This document shows, piece by piece, positions 39,369 to 48,967 of a stretch of 64,000 nt of DNA. The notes beneath the pieces are model-generated. The model saw nothing but the letters and a program-made list of their open reading frames with translations, ran no database searches and was not told where the DNA came from. A program made the translations under genes and the position numbers. How positions within the stretch are numbered: the first letter of the stretch is position 1; each line of letters begins with the position of its first letter. The stretch covers positions 1,824,001 to 1,888,000 of the forward strand of contig OZ244252.1 of assembly GCA_965217185.1 (NCBI GenBank). The letters are read 5' to 3'. The stretch comes from an uncultured Candidatus Entotheonella sp. GTDB taxonomy: Bacteria > Tectomicrobia > Entotheonellia > Entotheonellales > Entotheonellaceae.

Positions 39369-40667
39369 CTAGAAATCCACCTGGAAGCGCATGGACACGA
39401 TCGTGGTGAGCTCGTCATCAAGATCGCCACGGTCCAGATAAGCCGCAATGTAATTGAACGCCACGCGGGCGTTGTTGTGGGGGTACCAGTTCAGGCCCAG
39501 CGTAAAGTTGCCCTCCACGCCGCCATCGAAATCACCGTCGCTGAGATCGACTCTGGACATGCGGGCCGCGACTTCGACCGCCCCCATGGTGCCCTTCTTC
39601 AGGTCGAACTTGCGTTTCGGCTTCGGGCGGCCAAAGGCGCCGCCGCTGTAGGGCCGCGATTCACCGGTCAGGAAATAACTTCCCATAACGTAGTAGGCCG
39701 AGAACGTGGGGTGTTCCGTTCCCATGACGTCGGGCGTGGCGGTCATGTATTCGGCCTGGACGGAAATCGGCCCGTACACCAAGGCGCCTTCCAACCCGAT
39801 CTTGTCAACCCGGTCGGAGTCCCCGCGAACATCGACGAGCCTCACACTGCTGGTCCTTCCCTCGGGGCGAGCGCGAAATCTAAATCCCTCTTCATTTTCC
39901 AAGTGATAGGCGAGACCTACGTGCGCCAACTGGGTCTTGCTGACCTGGAAGGGCGTGGCTGCCAATCTAAAGGTCAGGTTGTTGTCGGGGTTGTCGGTGC
40001 GATCGACCGTTCCATTGATGTCGGAACGTGTCATGGAGACGGCCCAATGGAGGCGTTTGTCCAGGACGCTGTTTTTCAGCAGAATGCCGACTTGTCGGCC
40101 GGGCACGAAAGCGTCGGTGAGGGAACGCTCCTGGAAGGTGATGAAACGACTGCTGGTCAACTCTTCAAGGCCAAAGGGAGCCCTGAATTTGCCGACATAG
40201 ATGTTGCCGACGGCCGGCAACTTGGCGAAGCGCAGGTAAACGTCTGTCCAACTTACCCCGCCGCCTGCGAAATCATATTCGGCCTTGAAGCGGATGTACT
40301 TGTGCAGTGTACCCCGGATGTAGATGCGGCTGCGGCGGAAGAAGATGCGATCCAACGGTTCGTCCAAATTCCCTTCGTCATCCACGAAAAAGGCATCTTC
40401 AATCTCATCGCTCGGTCGGATGAAGTTCCAGTCGTTCTGGATGCGACCGCCGATACGAACCTCGACGTTCTCATCCAGCGTGCGGATACGCAGCCCATTG
40501 CGCCACAGGGCCTCCATGTTCTTCGGCGCGTCCGCCTTGGCGGAATCTTCCAGGCGCTGGACGCGCTCCTCGAGACTCATCTGGGCCTGAACCATCGTGG
40601 ACGCGCTCAGGATGACCACCAACGCCAGACCTAACGCTAACATGCCCACTCGCATTCGGCGTTTCAC
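39369..40667 (-). CDS. Phosphate-selective porin OprO/OprP
   Basis: GGRIQND, FRRSR, FGLEELTSSRFITFQER, LGLNWY and a terminal F. Confidence 0.9.
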   Translation of the reverse strand: MKRRMRVGMLALGLALVVILSASTMVQAQMSLEERVQRLEDSAKADAPKNMEALWRNGLRIRTLDENVEVRIGGRIQNDWNFIRPSDEIEDAFFVDDEGNLDEPLDRIFFRRSRIYIRGTLHKYIRFKAEYDFAGGGVSWTDVYLRFAKLPAVGNIYVGKFRAPFGLEELTSSRFITFQERSLTDAFVPGRQVGILLKNSVLDKRLHWAVSMTRSDINGTVDRTDNPDNNLTFRLAATPFQVSKTQLAHVGLAYHLENEEGFRFRARPEGRTSSVRLVDVRGDSDRVDKIGLEGALVYGPISVQAEYMTATPDVMGTEHPTFSAYYVMGSYFLTGESRPYSGGAFGRPKPKRKFDLKKGTMGAVEVAARMSRVDLSDGDFDGGVEGNFTLGLNWYPHNNARVAFNYIAAYLDRGDLDDELTTIVSMRFQVDF

Positions 40668-40792
40668 TTAAACCTCCTTATTCCATGCAGCAGTTCAGTC
40701 GCTAAACGAATCCCTTGTTCCTCAGAGTCTGGTCGCAAGTTGCCGCGGACACGAACAAGGTACGGTGATGTGGCAAAAGATACCCACCAACC

Positions 40793-40819
40793 ATTAGGAC
40801 CAGGTAAAGATCACGTTAA
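40793..40819 (-). promoter_or_regulatory. Candidate Pho-box-like direct repeats upstream of the porin
   Basis: Minus strand TTAAC-N6-TTTAC-N6-CTAAT, 11-nt period. Confidence 0.45.
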
Positions 40820-40847
40820 AGGTAGGTGCAATACCATCTCGCTCGGT

Positions 40848-41681
40848 TCAAGCGGCGGGATTCGCGTCGCGCCGCTCGGCCGTCAACTGCCACACCAGAC
40901 CGCCCAGCGGCCCACCGATCAACGGTCCGACGATATACACCCAGAAGCCGCCGTCGGGGCCGGGAATCGCCACCCTGCCCCAGCCCAGCACGAAGGCCAC
41001 CAAGCGCGGGCCGAAGTCGCGCGCCGGATTCCAGCCGGCCTGCGTCAGCGGCGCGAAAAGGCTGATCAACACCGCCACGGTGAAGCCGATGAAGAACGGC
41101 GTCAGGTTAGCGCCGGGCCTGTCAGCATTGCGCGGCGACGTGAGGGCGAAAATCACCAGCATCAGCACGGCGGTGCCAAACCCTTCAACCAGCGCCGCCT
41201 GCCAGGGTGAAACGAGGGCGCGTGCTGCTGAATCGGTGCCGAACATCGCGGGATTCGGGAAGTATTCACCAAACACCATAGCGGACAGCTCGCTGCCCGG
41301 CGTGCCGCGCAGGATGCCCTTGGCCGCTTCGAAACGTCGCAGCAACGGGCCGAACAACGCCGCCACCGTGGCACCGGCCAGTACCGCGCCGGCCAGTTGC
41401 GCCGCCACGCAGGGCAGCAGCCGCTTGGCCGGGAATTCCGCCGGCCGAAACAGGGCCATGGACAGAGACACCGCCGGGTTGAGATGCGCGCCCGACAAAC
41501 CGGCCGACACGTAGATGGCCAGCGTGACGCCAAAACCCCATACCGCCGCCACCTGCCACAACCCCACCAAGGCACCGGACAGTACCGCGCTCGCCACCGA
41601 TCCGGTGCCGAACAGCACCAGCAGATACGTGCCCAACACTTCGCCGGCCAAGGCCCGGTTCAGCGGTGGTTGGGGGGTCAT
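40848..41681 (-). CDS. MIP-family aquaglyceroporin
   Basis: SGAHLNPAV and NPARD motifs (GlpF type). Confidence 0.92.
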   Translation of the reverse strand: MTPQPPLNRALAGEVLGTYLLVLFGTGSVASAVLSGALVGLWQVAAVWGFGVTLAIYVSAGLSGAHLNPAVSLSMALFRPAEFPAKRLLPCVAAQLAGAVLAGATVAALFGPLLRRFEAAKGILRGTPGSELSAMVFGEYFPNPAMFGTDSAARALVSPWQAALVEGFGTAVLMLVIFALTSPRNADRPGANLTPFFIGFTVAVLISLFAPLTQAGWNPARDFGPRLVAFVLGWGRVAIPGPDGGFWVYIVGPLIGGPLGGLVWQLTAERRDANPAA

Positions 41682-41875
41682 GGGCGTGCCTCCTTGTTAG
41701 TTGGTGCGTGGGGTACGTTAGGCTCGGAACGTTAGCTTTTGATTAACCATTTGTAACGGTCGCGTTAGAGACGACCGACCCGACAACCTTTCTCTTCTTG
41801 CCCACCTCGGAATGATTGCGCTACCATAGTTGTGCCCAACTCACCGACTCTCTTACGCATCACCCCGAGGGAGCC

Positions 41876-44017
41876 ATGCCCAGCATTCAGCCCGAGCCTT
41901 CTTGCCAAGCTATCGACCTGCAGGACGCCCGCCTTTACCTCAACCGCGAAACTGCTTGGCTGCAGTTCAATTGGCGGGTTCTGGAAGAGGCCCTGAACGC
42001 CGACAACCCGCTGCTGGAGCGCGTCAAGTTTCTGTCCATTTTCACCACCAACCTGGACGAATTCTTCATGATCCGCGTCTCCGGCCTCAGCCGTCAGGTG
42101 ACCGGCGGCGTCCTGGAAGCGCCGCCCGACGGCATGACGCCCCTGGAACAATTGGCGGCCATCCGCAAGACGCTTCTCGGCCATCTGGAACAAGCCCTGG
42201 ATTGCTGGCACCGCGATCTGTCTCCCAGGCTGCGCGACAGCGGCGTACCCATTCTGGGAATGTCCGAACTGGGCCACCACCAGAAAGCTTGGCTGCGCCG
42301 TTACTTCGCACGCGAGATTTTCCCGGCCCTGACGCCGTTGGCTTTCGATCCGGCCCACCCCTTCCCGCACATCTCCAACCTCAGCTTCAACCTCGCCGTG
42401 GTGGTCAGCGACCCGCAGGGCGGCGAGCGCTTTGCGCGCGTCAAAATCTCCGACGTGTCGCCCAGCCTGCTGCGTCTGCCGAACGAAGCCGACCTCGAAA
42501 AGAACCCCGAAACCGACGGCATCGAGGTGCAGGCGAACAACTTCGTGCCCGTCGAGGAAGTGGTGGCAGCCAACCTCGACATGCTGTTTTCGGGTATCGA
42601 CGTCGTGGCGGCGTACCCGTTCCGCATCACCCGAGACGCCGACCTGGAAATAAAGGACGATGAAGCGTCCGACCTGCTGACCAGCGTCGAGGCACAGATC
42701 GAAATGCGCCACTGGGGCTCGGTCGTTCGCCTGGAAATTGACCGCAACATGCCGGAACGCATCCGCGACGTGCTGATGCGCAACCTGGAGTTGGAACCGT
42801 TCCAGGTGTACACCATCGACGGCCCGCTGAACCTGGCCGGGCTCATGGAACTGAACCGTGTCGAACGCCCGGACCTGAAGGACCAGCCGTACCCGCCGGT
42901 CATCGCCGCGCCGCTGGCCAAGCGCGAACGGCTGTTCGACACCATCCGGCGCCAGGACGTGCTGCTCTATCACCCGTACGACAGCTTCGTGCCCGTGGTG
43001 GACTTCATCCGCGAGGCCGCCAGCGACCCGGACGTACTGGCAATCAAACAGACGTTGTACCGCGTCGGACCCAATTCCCCCATCGTCGCGGCCTTGACGG
43101 AGGCGAGAGAAAATCAGAAGCAGGTAGCCGTGCTGCTCGAACTGAAGGCGCGCTTCGACGAGGAAAACAACATCGCCTGGGCACGGGCTTTAGAAGACGA
43201 GGGGGTGCACGTGGTATACGGCGTGCTGGGGCTCAAGACGCACGCCAAGATGTGCCTGGTGGTGCGCCGCGATCCGGACGGCATCCGCTGCTACGTGCAC
43301 ATGGGCACCGGCAACTACAACCCGGTGACCAGCCGCATCTACACCGACCTGAGCTACTTCACTTGCAACCCGGACATCAGCGCCGACGTGTCGGACCTGT
43401 TCAACGCCCTGACCGGGTATTCGGACAAGGGAACCTACCGGCGCCTGCTGGTGGCGCCGCGCACCATGCGGCAGCAGATCATCGCGCGCATCGAGCGCGA
43501 GATCGAACGCCACCAGGAGCACGGCGACGGCTACATCGCCTTCAAGATGAACGCCCTGGTGGACACGAATTGTATCCAAGCCCTGTACCGCGCGTCGCAG
43601 GCTGGCGTGAGCATCGACCTGCAGGTGCGCGGCATCTGCTGCCTGTCGCCGGGCGTGCCGGGGGTGAGCGAAACCATTACGGTGACCTCGATCGTTGGGC
43701 GCTTTCTCGAACACGTGCGCATTTATTACTTCCGCAACGGCGGCGACTCCGAGGTGTTTTTGGGCAGCGCCGACCTGATGCCGCGCAACCTGGACAGGCG
43801 CGTCGAGGTGCTGTTCCCGGTGATACCGTCACGGCTGCGAGACACCATCCTCCGCGACATCCTGGGGGTACATCTGCAGGACACCAAGCGAGCACGCCGA
43901 TTGTTAGCCGACGGCCGTTACGAGCCGCTTGGCGGAGCGCCGGGGGCGGAGCCGCTCAACTCCCAAGAATGGCTGATGCAGCATTGGCGGGGAAAAGGAG
44001 CGGCACGTGAAGGGTAA
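41876..44017 (+). CDS. ppk1: Polyphosphate kinase 1
   Basis: NLDEFFMIRV, HPFPHISN, ELKARFDEENN, KTHAK and GSADLMPRNLDRRVE. Confidence 0.97.
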   Translation: MPSIQPEPSCQAIDLQDARLYLNRETAWLQFNWRVLEEALNADNPLLERVKFLSIFTTNLDEFFMIRVSGLSRQVTGGVLEAPPDGMTPLEQLAAIRKTLLGHLEQALDCWHRDLSPRLRDSGVPILGMSELGHHQKAWLRRYFAREIFPALTPLAFDPAHPFPHISNLSFNLAVVVSDPQGGERFARVKISDVSPSLLRLPNEADLEKNPETDGIEVQANNFVPVEEVVAANLDMLFSGIDVVAAYPFRITRDADLEIKDDEASDLLTSVEAQIEMRHWGSVVRLEIDRNMPERIRDVLMRNLELEPFQVYTIDGPLNLAGLMELNRVERPDLKDQPYPPVIAAPLAKRERLFDTIRRQDVLLYHPYDSFVPVVDFIREAASDPDVLAIKQTLYRVGPNSPIVAALTEARENQKQVAVLLELKARFDEENNIAWARALEDEGVHVVYGVLGLKTHAKMCLVVRRDPDGIRCYVHMGTGNYNPVTSRIYTDLSYFTCNPDISADVSDLFNALTGYSDKGTYRRLLVAPRTMRQQIIARIEREIERHQEHGDGYIAFKMNALVDTNCIQALYRASQAGVSIDLQVRGICCLSPGVPGVSETITVTSIVGRFLEHVRIYYFRNGGDSEVFLGSADLMPRNLDRRVEVLFPVIPSRLRDTILRDILGVHLQDTKRARRLLADGRYEPLGGAPGAEPLNSQEWLMQHWRGKGAAREG

Positions 44018-44024
44018 GGACCTC

Positions 44025-45422
44025 ATGGCCTGCACGATCAAGAACAAGCAGGACGCCGACTTCTGCTTTCATGGCGCCCGGACCTTGCTGAAGTACCTCA
44101 ACACCATGATGGGGACGATCGACGGCGTGCGGCAGAACGAGGACATCGAATGCCTGCACCGGATGCGGGTCGCCTCGCGCCGCCTGCGCAGCCTGCTGCC
44201 GCTGTTCAGCGACTGCCTGCCGCCAAAACAGCGCAGGCGCTGGCGCAAGCAACTGCGCCGCGTGACGCGGGCCTTGGGCAAGGTGCGGGATGCCGACGTG
44301 CAGATCGCTTGCTTGCAAGAGGCGCTGGACGCCTGCAGCGACGACCGGCAGCGGCCCGGGCTGGAACGCCTGCTGTTACGCTTCCAGCAGCAGCGGCAAG
44401 CCATGCAGGCGCCGCTCGTGAGCACCCTGGAACGCCTGGCATCGCGCCGCCACATCAGTCGGATGGAGATGGCCCTGCGTTACCTGCTCGCCACCAGCCA
44501 ACTGTACGCCAGCCCCGAATCGGCTCGTCACACCTACCACCGCAGCCGCGAGGCCATTCTCCAGCGCCTGCAGACGGTGCTGGCCACCGCCGCAGCCATT
44601 CGCGGCCCCCAGAGCGGTGCGGAATTGCACGCCACGCGCATCACCATCAAGCGGCTGCGCTACACCCTGCAGGCGCTCGCGCCGCTGTACCCGGACGCGC
44701 TGGACGACGCCATCCGCACGGCCCGCAAGCTCCAGGACGCGCTGGGGAACCTCCACGATTGCGACGTGTGGGTGGAGACCCTGCCGCAGTTTCTTGAGGA
44801 AGAAAAGACGCGCACCCTCGCGTATTTCGGCGACCCCCAGCCCTTCGAGTCCCTGGTGCCGGGCGTCACGGCCCTGCGCGACCAGCGCCAGCAAAACCGC
44901 GTCAAATACTTCAAGGAGTTCGAGGCGCTGTGGCATCGGACGCAAGACAAAGACGTGTGGGGCCGGCTGTGCCGCGCCCTGGACGACCCACCGCTGCCGG
45001 TGCATGACAATGGCTCTGAATCCGCCCCGGCTTTACACGAGCCAGCGTTGGCCAAGATGGAACGGGCAATGCCGGAGGAACTGGTGCACTTGGAAGACAC
45101 CCTGCGCGCTTCGCATCAGGCTTGGCAGTGGCACGTGGCGACGCTCATCACGCGCGTTCCTGCCGGTCGGCTGATCACCTACGGGTGCCTGGCCGAGTGG
45201 GCCAACGTGTCGTATGGCCTGCACGTCGGCGCCTCCAACGTCGCCTGGCTGCGCAGCCATCTCCAGAACCTGCTCGGCGGCAGCATTGCCGTGCCTCTGC
45301 ACCGCCTGGCCAAGACCGGTGATCCATACTCCCGCCAGGAAACCCCCGCGCGTAAAAAGCTCAACGATCAATTGCGCGCCTCGGAAGGCTCCCTCGCGCA
45401 CCCTCTGTGGTGGCAGCCTTGA
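44025..45422 (+). CDS. CHAD-domain protein with a C-terminal MGMT/ATL-like domain
   Basis: LHRMRVASRRLRS, LGKVRDADV, LHATRITIKRLRY and LQDALGNLHDCDV; tail VPAGRLITYG...VPLHRL. Confidence 0.85.
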   Translation: MACTIKNKQDADFCFHGARTLLKYLNTMMGTIDGVRQNEDIECLHRMRVASRRLRSLLPLFSDCLPPKQRRRWRKQLRRVTRALGKVRDADVQIACLQEALDACSDDRQRPGLERLLLRFQQQRQAMQAPLVSTLERLASRRHISRMEMALRYLLATSQLYASPESARHTYHRSREAILQRLQTVLATAAAIRGPQSGAELHATRITIKRLRYTLQALAPLYPDALDDAIRTARKLQDALGNLHDCDVWVETLPQFLEEEKTRTLAYFGDPQPFESLVPGVTALRDQRQQNRVKYFKEFEALWHRTQDKDVWGRLCRALDDPPLPVHDNGSESAPALHEPALAKMERAMPEELVHLEDTLRASHQAWQWHVATLITRVPAGRLITYGCLAEWANVSYGLHVGASNVAWLRSHLQNLLGGSIAVPLHRLAKTGDPYSRQETPARKKLNDQLRASEGSLAHPLWWQP

Positions 45423-45531
45423 TGGCGCCACAGCCCCGCGAAGCGAGCGCAGACGGGGCGTAAACAATGCAAGTAGCACGAGCGTAGCGAGTGATTTCCG
45501 CCCGCTCCCCCATCACCTTTCGAGAGCCTTC

Positions 45532-47136
45532 ATGAACAATGCCCCGACGCCTGCGGAAGCGCGCCACGTCGCCTTCATGGACATCGGCACCAACTCGATT
45601 CGCCTGTTGCTCGTTCGCATCAATCCGAACCATTCCACCAACGTACTCATCCAGCTCAAACAGACGGTGCGCCTGGGTGAGGGCGAATTCGACGACCAAG
45701 TCCTGCAGCCCGAGGCCATCGACCGCGCCGTGGCCGTCAGCGAACAGTTCGCTTCGTTGATTCGCTCGTACGGCGCCGACGACGTCATTGCCGTGGCCAC
45801 TGCGGCGACGCGCGAGGCGAAGAACCAGCGGGAGTTTGTGCAGCGCCTGCAGGAAGCGGCACAGATCGACGTGCGCGTGGTGTCAGGGCAGGAAGAGGCG
45901 CGGCTGATCTATCTCGGGGTTTCCAGCGGCTTTCACCTTGAGGACAAACAGGCATTCTTCATCGACATCGGCGGCGGCAGCACCGAGGTCATCTTGGGTA
46001 CCCAGCACCATTACCACTACCTCAACTCCCTGAGGCTCGGGGCCATCCGACTGAGCGCGCAGTTCCCCGCCGGCGCGCATGGGGTGGTGTCGCCGGGCAA
46101 GTACAACCGTATCCTGCGCTATGTGCAGCGCCACGCCGTGCACACCTTGCGGGAAATACGAGCACACGACATCGATCTCGCACTCGGCAGTTCCGGCACC
46201 ATCGAAAACCTCGCCGACGTTGCCGTCCGCCGGTTCGCCAAGCGGCGGTTGCAGCGCGACGACGTGCTGACAGCGGTACAGCTTCGGGAGGTCGTGAAGA
46301 TGCTCGGCGCCATGCCGCTGAAGGAGCGCCGCCGGGTGCCGGGGCTGAATCCCGAACGCGCCGACATCGTCATGGCCGGCGCCGCCATTCTGGAAGCCTT
46401 CATGCAGGCGCTGGAGATCCGGGCCATCCGCATCAGCGACCGAGGGCTGCGCGAGGGGCTGCTCATGGATTACCTGCTGCGGCACGGGCATGCCCCGGCG
46501 CTGGAAGACCTGTCCGTCCGCCGGCGCAGCGTGCTCGACTTGGGCCGTACCTGCCATTTCGACGAGGCGCACGCCCGCACCACGGCGCAACTGGCCCTGG
46601 CGCTGTTCGACAGTGCCGGCGCCGCCAAGCTGCATCCGTTCGGGGGCTGGGAGCGGGAATTGCTGGAATACGGCGCCCTGCTGCACCGCATCGGCGCCTT
46701 CCTGACCTACAACAACTACCAGGCGCACACCTACTACCTCATCCGCAACGCCAACCTGCTCGGCTTTGATGAAACAGAAATCGCCATCATTGCCGCCACG
46801 GCGTTGTTCCACCGCAAGTCCATCCCACAACGCGAGCACCCGGAGTTCGCCGCCCTTGACCGGCAGGCGCAGAAGATCGTGCGCGTCCTCTCCCTGCTGC
46901 TTCGCTTCGCCGAAAGCCTCGACCGCGGCCACGCCGGCAACGTGCAGCACGCGCGTTTCCGGCTCAAAAGCGACTCGCACGTCGTCCTATACGTTTATGC
47001 GGCGCAGGACTGTCAGATCGAGTTATGGGCCGTGCAGAAACACGTCACGGCATTCGAGAAGGTACTCGGCTGCAAGCTGGACATTGAGGTGGTCATGCAG
47101 AGGGAAGCGGCGGGCAAGGTGCAGCAGGCGGATTGA
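45532..47136 (+). CDS. ppx: Exopolyphosphatase Ppx/GppA
   Basis: DIGTNS, ATAATREA, EEARL, DIGGGSTE and GLREG; HD-like C-terminus. Confidence 0.93.
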   Translation: MNNAPTPAEARHVAFMDIGTNSIRLLLVRINPNHSTNVLIQLKQTVRLGEGEFDDQVLQPEAIDRAVAVSEQFASLIRSYGADDVIAVATAATREAKNQREFVQRLQEAAQIDVRVVSGQEEARLIYLGVSSGFHLEDKQAFFIDIGGGSTEVILGTQHHYHYLNSLRLGAIRLSAQFPAGAHGVVSPGKYNRILRYVQRHAVHTLREIRAHDIDLALGSSGTIENLADVAVRRFAKRRLQRDDVLTAVQLREVVKMLGAMPLKERRRVPGLNPERADIVMAGAAILEAFMQALEIRAIRISDRGLREGLLMDYLLRHGHAPALEDLSVRRRSVLDLGRTCHFDEAHARTTAQLALALFDSAGAAKLHPFGGWERELLEYGALLHRIGAFLTYNNYQAHTYYLIRNANLLGFDETEIAIIAATALFHRKSIPQREHPEFAALDRQAQKIVRVLSLLLRFAESLDRGHAGNVQHARFRLKSDSHVVLYVYAAQDCQIELWAVQKHVTAFEKVLGCKLDIEVVMQREAAGKVQQAD

Positions 47137-47163
47137 AGGGCGGTTATCTCGCCTTCGGGTGTA

Positions 47164-47186
47164 TGTTCGGATAACCCCATACTATG
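47164..47186 (+). other. dif-like site 1, left part (right arm continues at 48237-48242 after the IS)
   Basis: Removing the IS and one TATG gives TGTTCGGATAA-CCCCATA-CTATGTTAACT (7-nt centre). Confidence 0.55.
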
Positions 47187-48232
47187 GAGCCGCTTGCAAA
47201 ACTCCAATTCGACGTCGAGAGCGAAGCTCATGGCCTTTGATAGTTGGCAGTTTTTGGCTCTGATACGCTGTTGGGGCGCATCATAGGCCGAGTCCATCAA
47301 GTCATAGAGGTTGGTGACCCGGGCGACCGTCATCGTCGCCAAGGGAATCGCTGCCTGGCTGTCATGCAGCGAGGCCGAAGTCAGGATGCAACTGAGCGGA
47401 ATGCCGCCATCGGCCGCGTCGATATGCAACTTGTAGCCGCTCCAGGATGCCTGATAGCCCTTGGCGCCTCGCTTGACGCCGACATCAGGGGCGCGTGGCA
47501 GATCGTCGAGCATCTCCGGCAGGGTCATCCGCAGTTGGCGCTCCAGGCGGCGCGACGCCTTGGGCCGTTGCTCGCCCTTGCGCGGACGACCGCGCCGCCG
47601 TTTCGGGGTGGCCGATGGCTTCGGCGTTGGTTTCTCGCGTCCTTCAATCGCCGTCGAATCGCGCGACACGTGACCGACCAAGTGATCCCGCAGGGTCTTG
47701 TCGATCAGCGCCTCGTGCAGGCGGCTCGGCAAGGCGCTGTCAGCGAAGGCAGTGAAGGCACGCGAGAACGTCGCCTCGCTGGGGACCTCCTCGGCCCGGC
47801 TCCAGCCACACAGGCGACAGCGGGGAGTCGATGGCCAGACGCTCAACGAGCGCCCGGGTGGTCGTGATGGCGAACACCGCCTTGGCGATGAAGGCGCGTG
47901 CCAGCGCCGCACGGTCCTCCTGCGGGCGCCCCGGCAGGCCACGCAAGCACGTCAGGAATTGTTCCACCTGCACGAAGCCGAGCACCGTGACGAACAACTC
48001 GTAGCGCTCTCCCAAAGGGCCGAGTTCTTCTTCGAGTGCAGGGAACAGCTCTCGTTGAAAGGCGAAGCCATAATTCGATAGGATGGTACGCAGGGACATG
48101 GTCGTTTTCTCCCTCATGTGGTGGTTACACACAGCACACAACACATGATATCGGGTAGAGACGGCCTGTCCCGTTAAGCCAACCCATTACCCTCAATAAT
48201 TCCCCATGACTCCACAGTTTTGCAAAAGGCTC
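47187..48232 (-). mobile_element. IS1182/IS5-like element, defective
   Basis: TIRs GAGCCGCTTGCAAAACT and AGTTTTGCAAAAGGCTC; TATG duplicated at 47183-47186 and 48233-48236. Confidence 0.85.
47270..48099 (-). pseudogene. Transposase pseudogene (frameshift near 47825, 3' deletion)
   Basis: GRP..DRAALARAFIAKAV is in one frame; PSEATFSRAF, SRDSTAI, GYKLHID, SLHDSQ and DSAYD are in another; similarity stops after DSAYDAP. Confidence 0.85.
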
Positions 48233-48288
48233 TATGTTAACTTTGCTGTTAGCGACACGCCTTTAATTCCGTTAGAGGAGCCAATTAT

Positions 48289-48849
48289 ATGCCTACGCCA
48301 GAGGAAATCATGGACGCGATTCGGAAGGGTCTGGACAAACTTCCTTCCGCCAGCGGGACCGCTAGAAGGAAGTACAGGACTGAGGCTGTCAAGGCCAGAT
48401 TGTGCGAGATTGGTCGAAGGTTTCAAGACACACGTTTCAAGGTATGCGCCGCTCTTCCCAAGGATGACCGCGACTATGGTGAATGGCTCTACGATGTCAT
48501 TTGGCGCAGCTACCACGAGGGACGCGACGACCACCCATTGTCTTACGTGCCCTTGGTCGCGGAGTGTGAATGGGGAAGTTATGAGCATGTCAAGGAGGAT
48601 TTCCAGAAGCTTCTTCTAGCGCGAGCGAGCGTTCGACTGATGATCTACAGAGATAAGACGCACCGCCGCCACAACGGCTGGCAAGATGCCGCGCAGACTG
48701 CCGAACAACTTGCTTATCACGTCAGTTTGTTCAACGGCCCTGTCGAGGAAGGTTGGCTGCTAGCGGCCTGGAGAAGGATTGATACCGACCCGGGGTTCCA
48801 GTTCTCGTACTTCACAATTGGGCTAAATGGCGGGGTCTGCCCTTTGTAG
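48289..48849 (+). CDS. Hypothetical protein, possible PD-(D/E)XK restriction-endonuclease-like fold
   Basis: GAGGAG RBS; EWLYDVIW...LVAECEW...DFQKLL motif arrangement. Confidence 0.55.
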   Translation: MPTPEEIMDAIRKGLDKLPSASGTARRKYRTEAVKARLCEIGRRFQDTRFKVCAALPKDDRDYGEWLYDVIWRSYHEGRDDHPLSYVPLVAECEWGSYEHVKEDFQKLLLARASVRLMIYRDKTHRRHNGWQDAAQTAEQLAYHVSLFNGPVEEGWLLAAWRRIDTDPGFQFSYFTIGLNGGVCPL

Positions 48850-48853
48850 GCTA

Positions 48854-48881
48854 ACTTCCGATAAGGGACGCTATGTCAACT
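48854..48881 (+). other. dif-like XerC/D site 2
   Basis: ACTTCCGATAA-GGGACG-CTATGTCAACT (11-6-11). Confidence 0.75.
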
Positions 48882-48967
48882 TTCGCCGTCAACAAAAAGG
48901 CCGCCCCAGTAACCTCCGCAGCTTGAGAAAGAATAGAGCGCCCATCAAAACAGCAACGGGAGATGTC

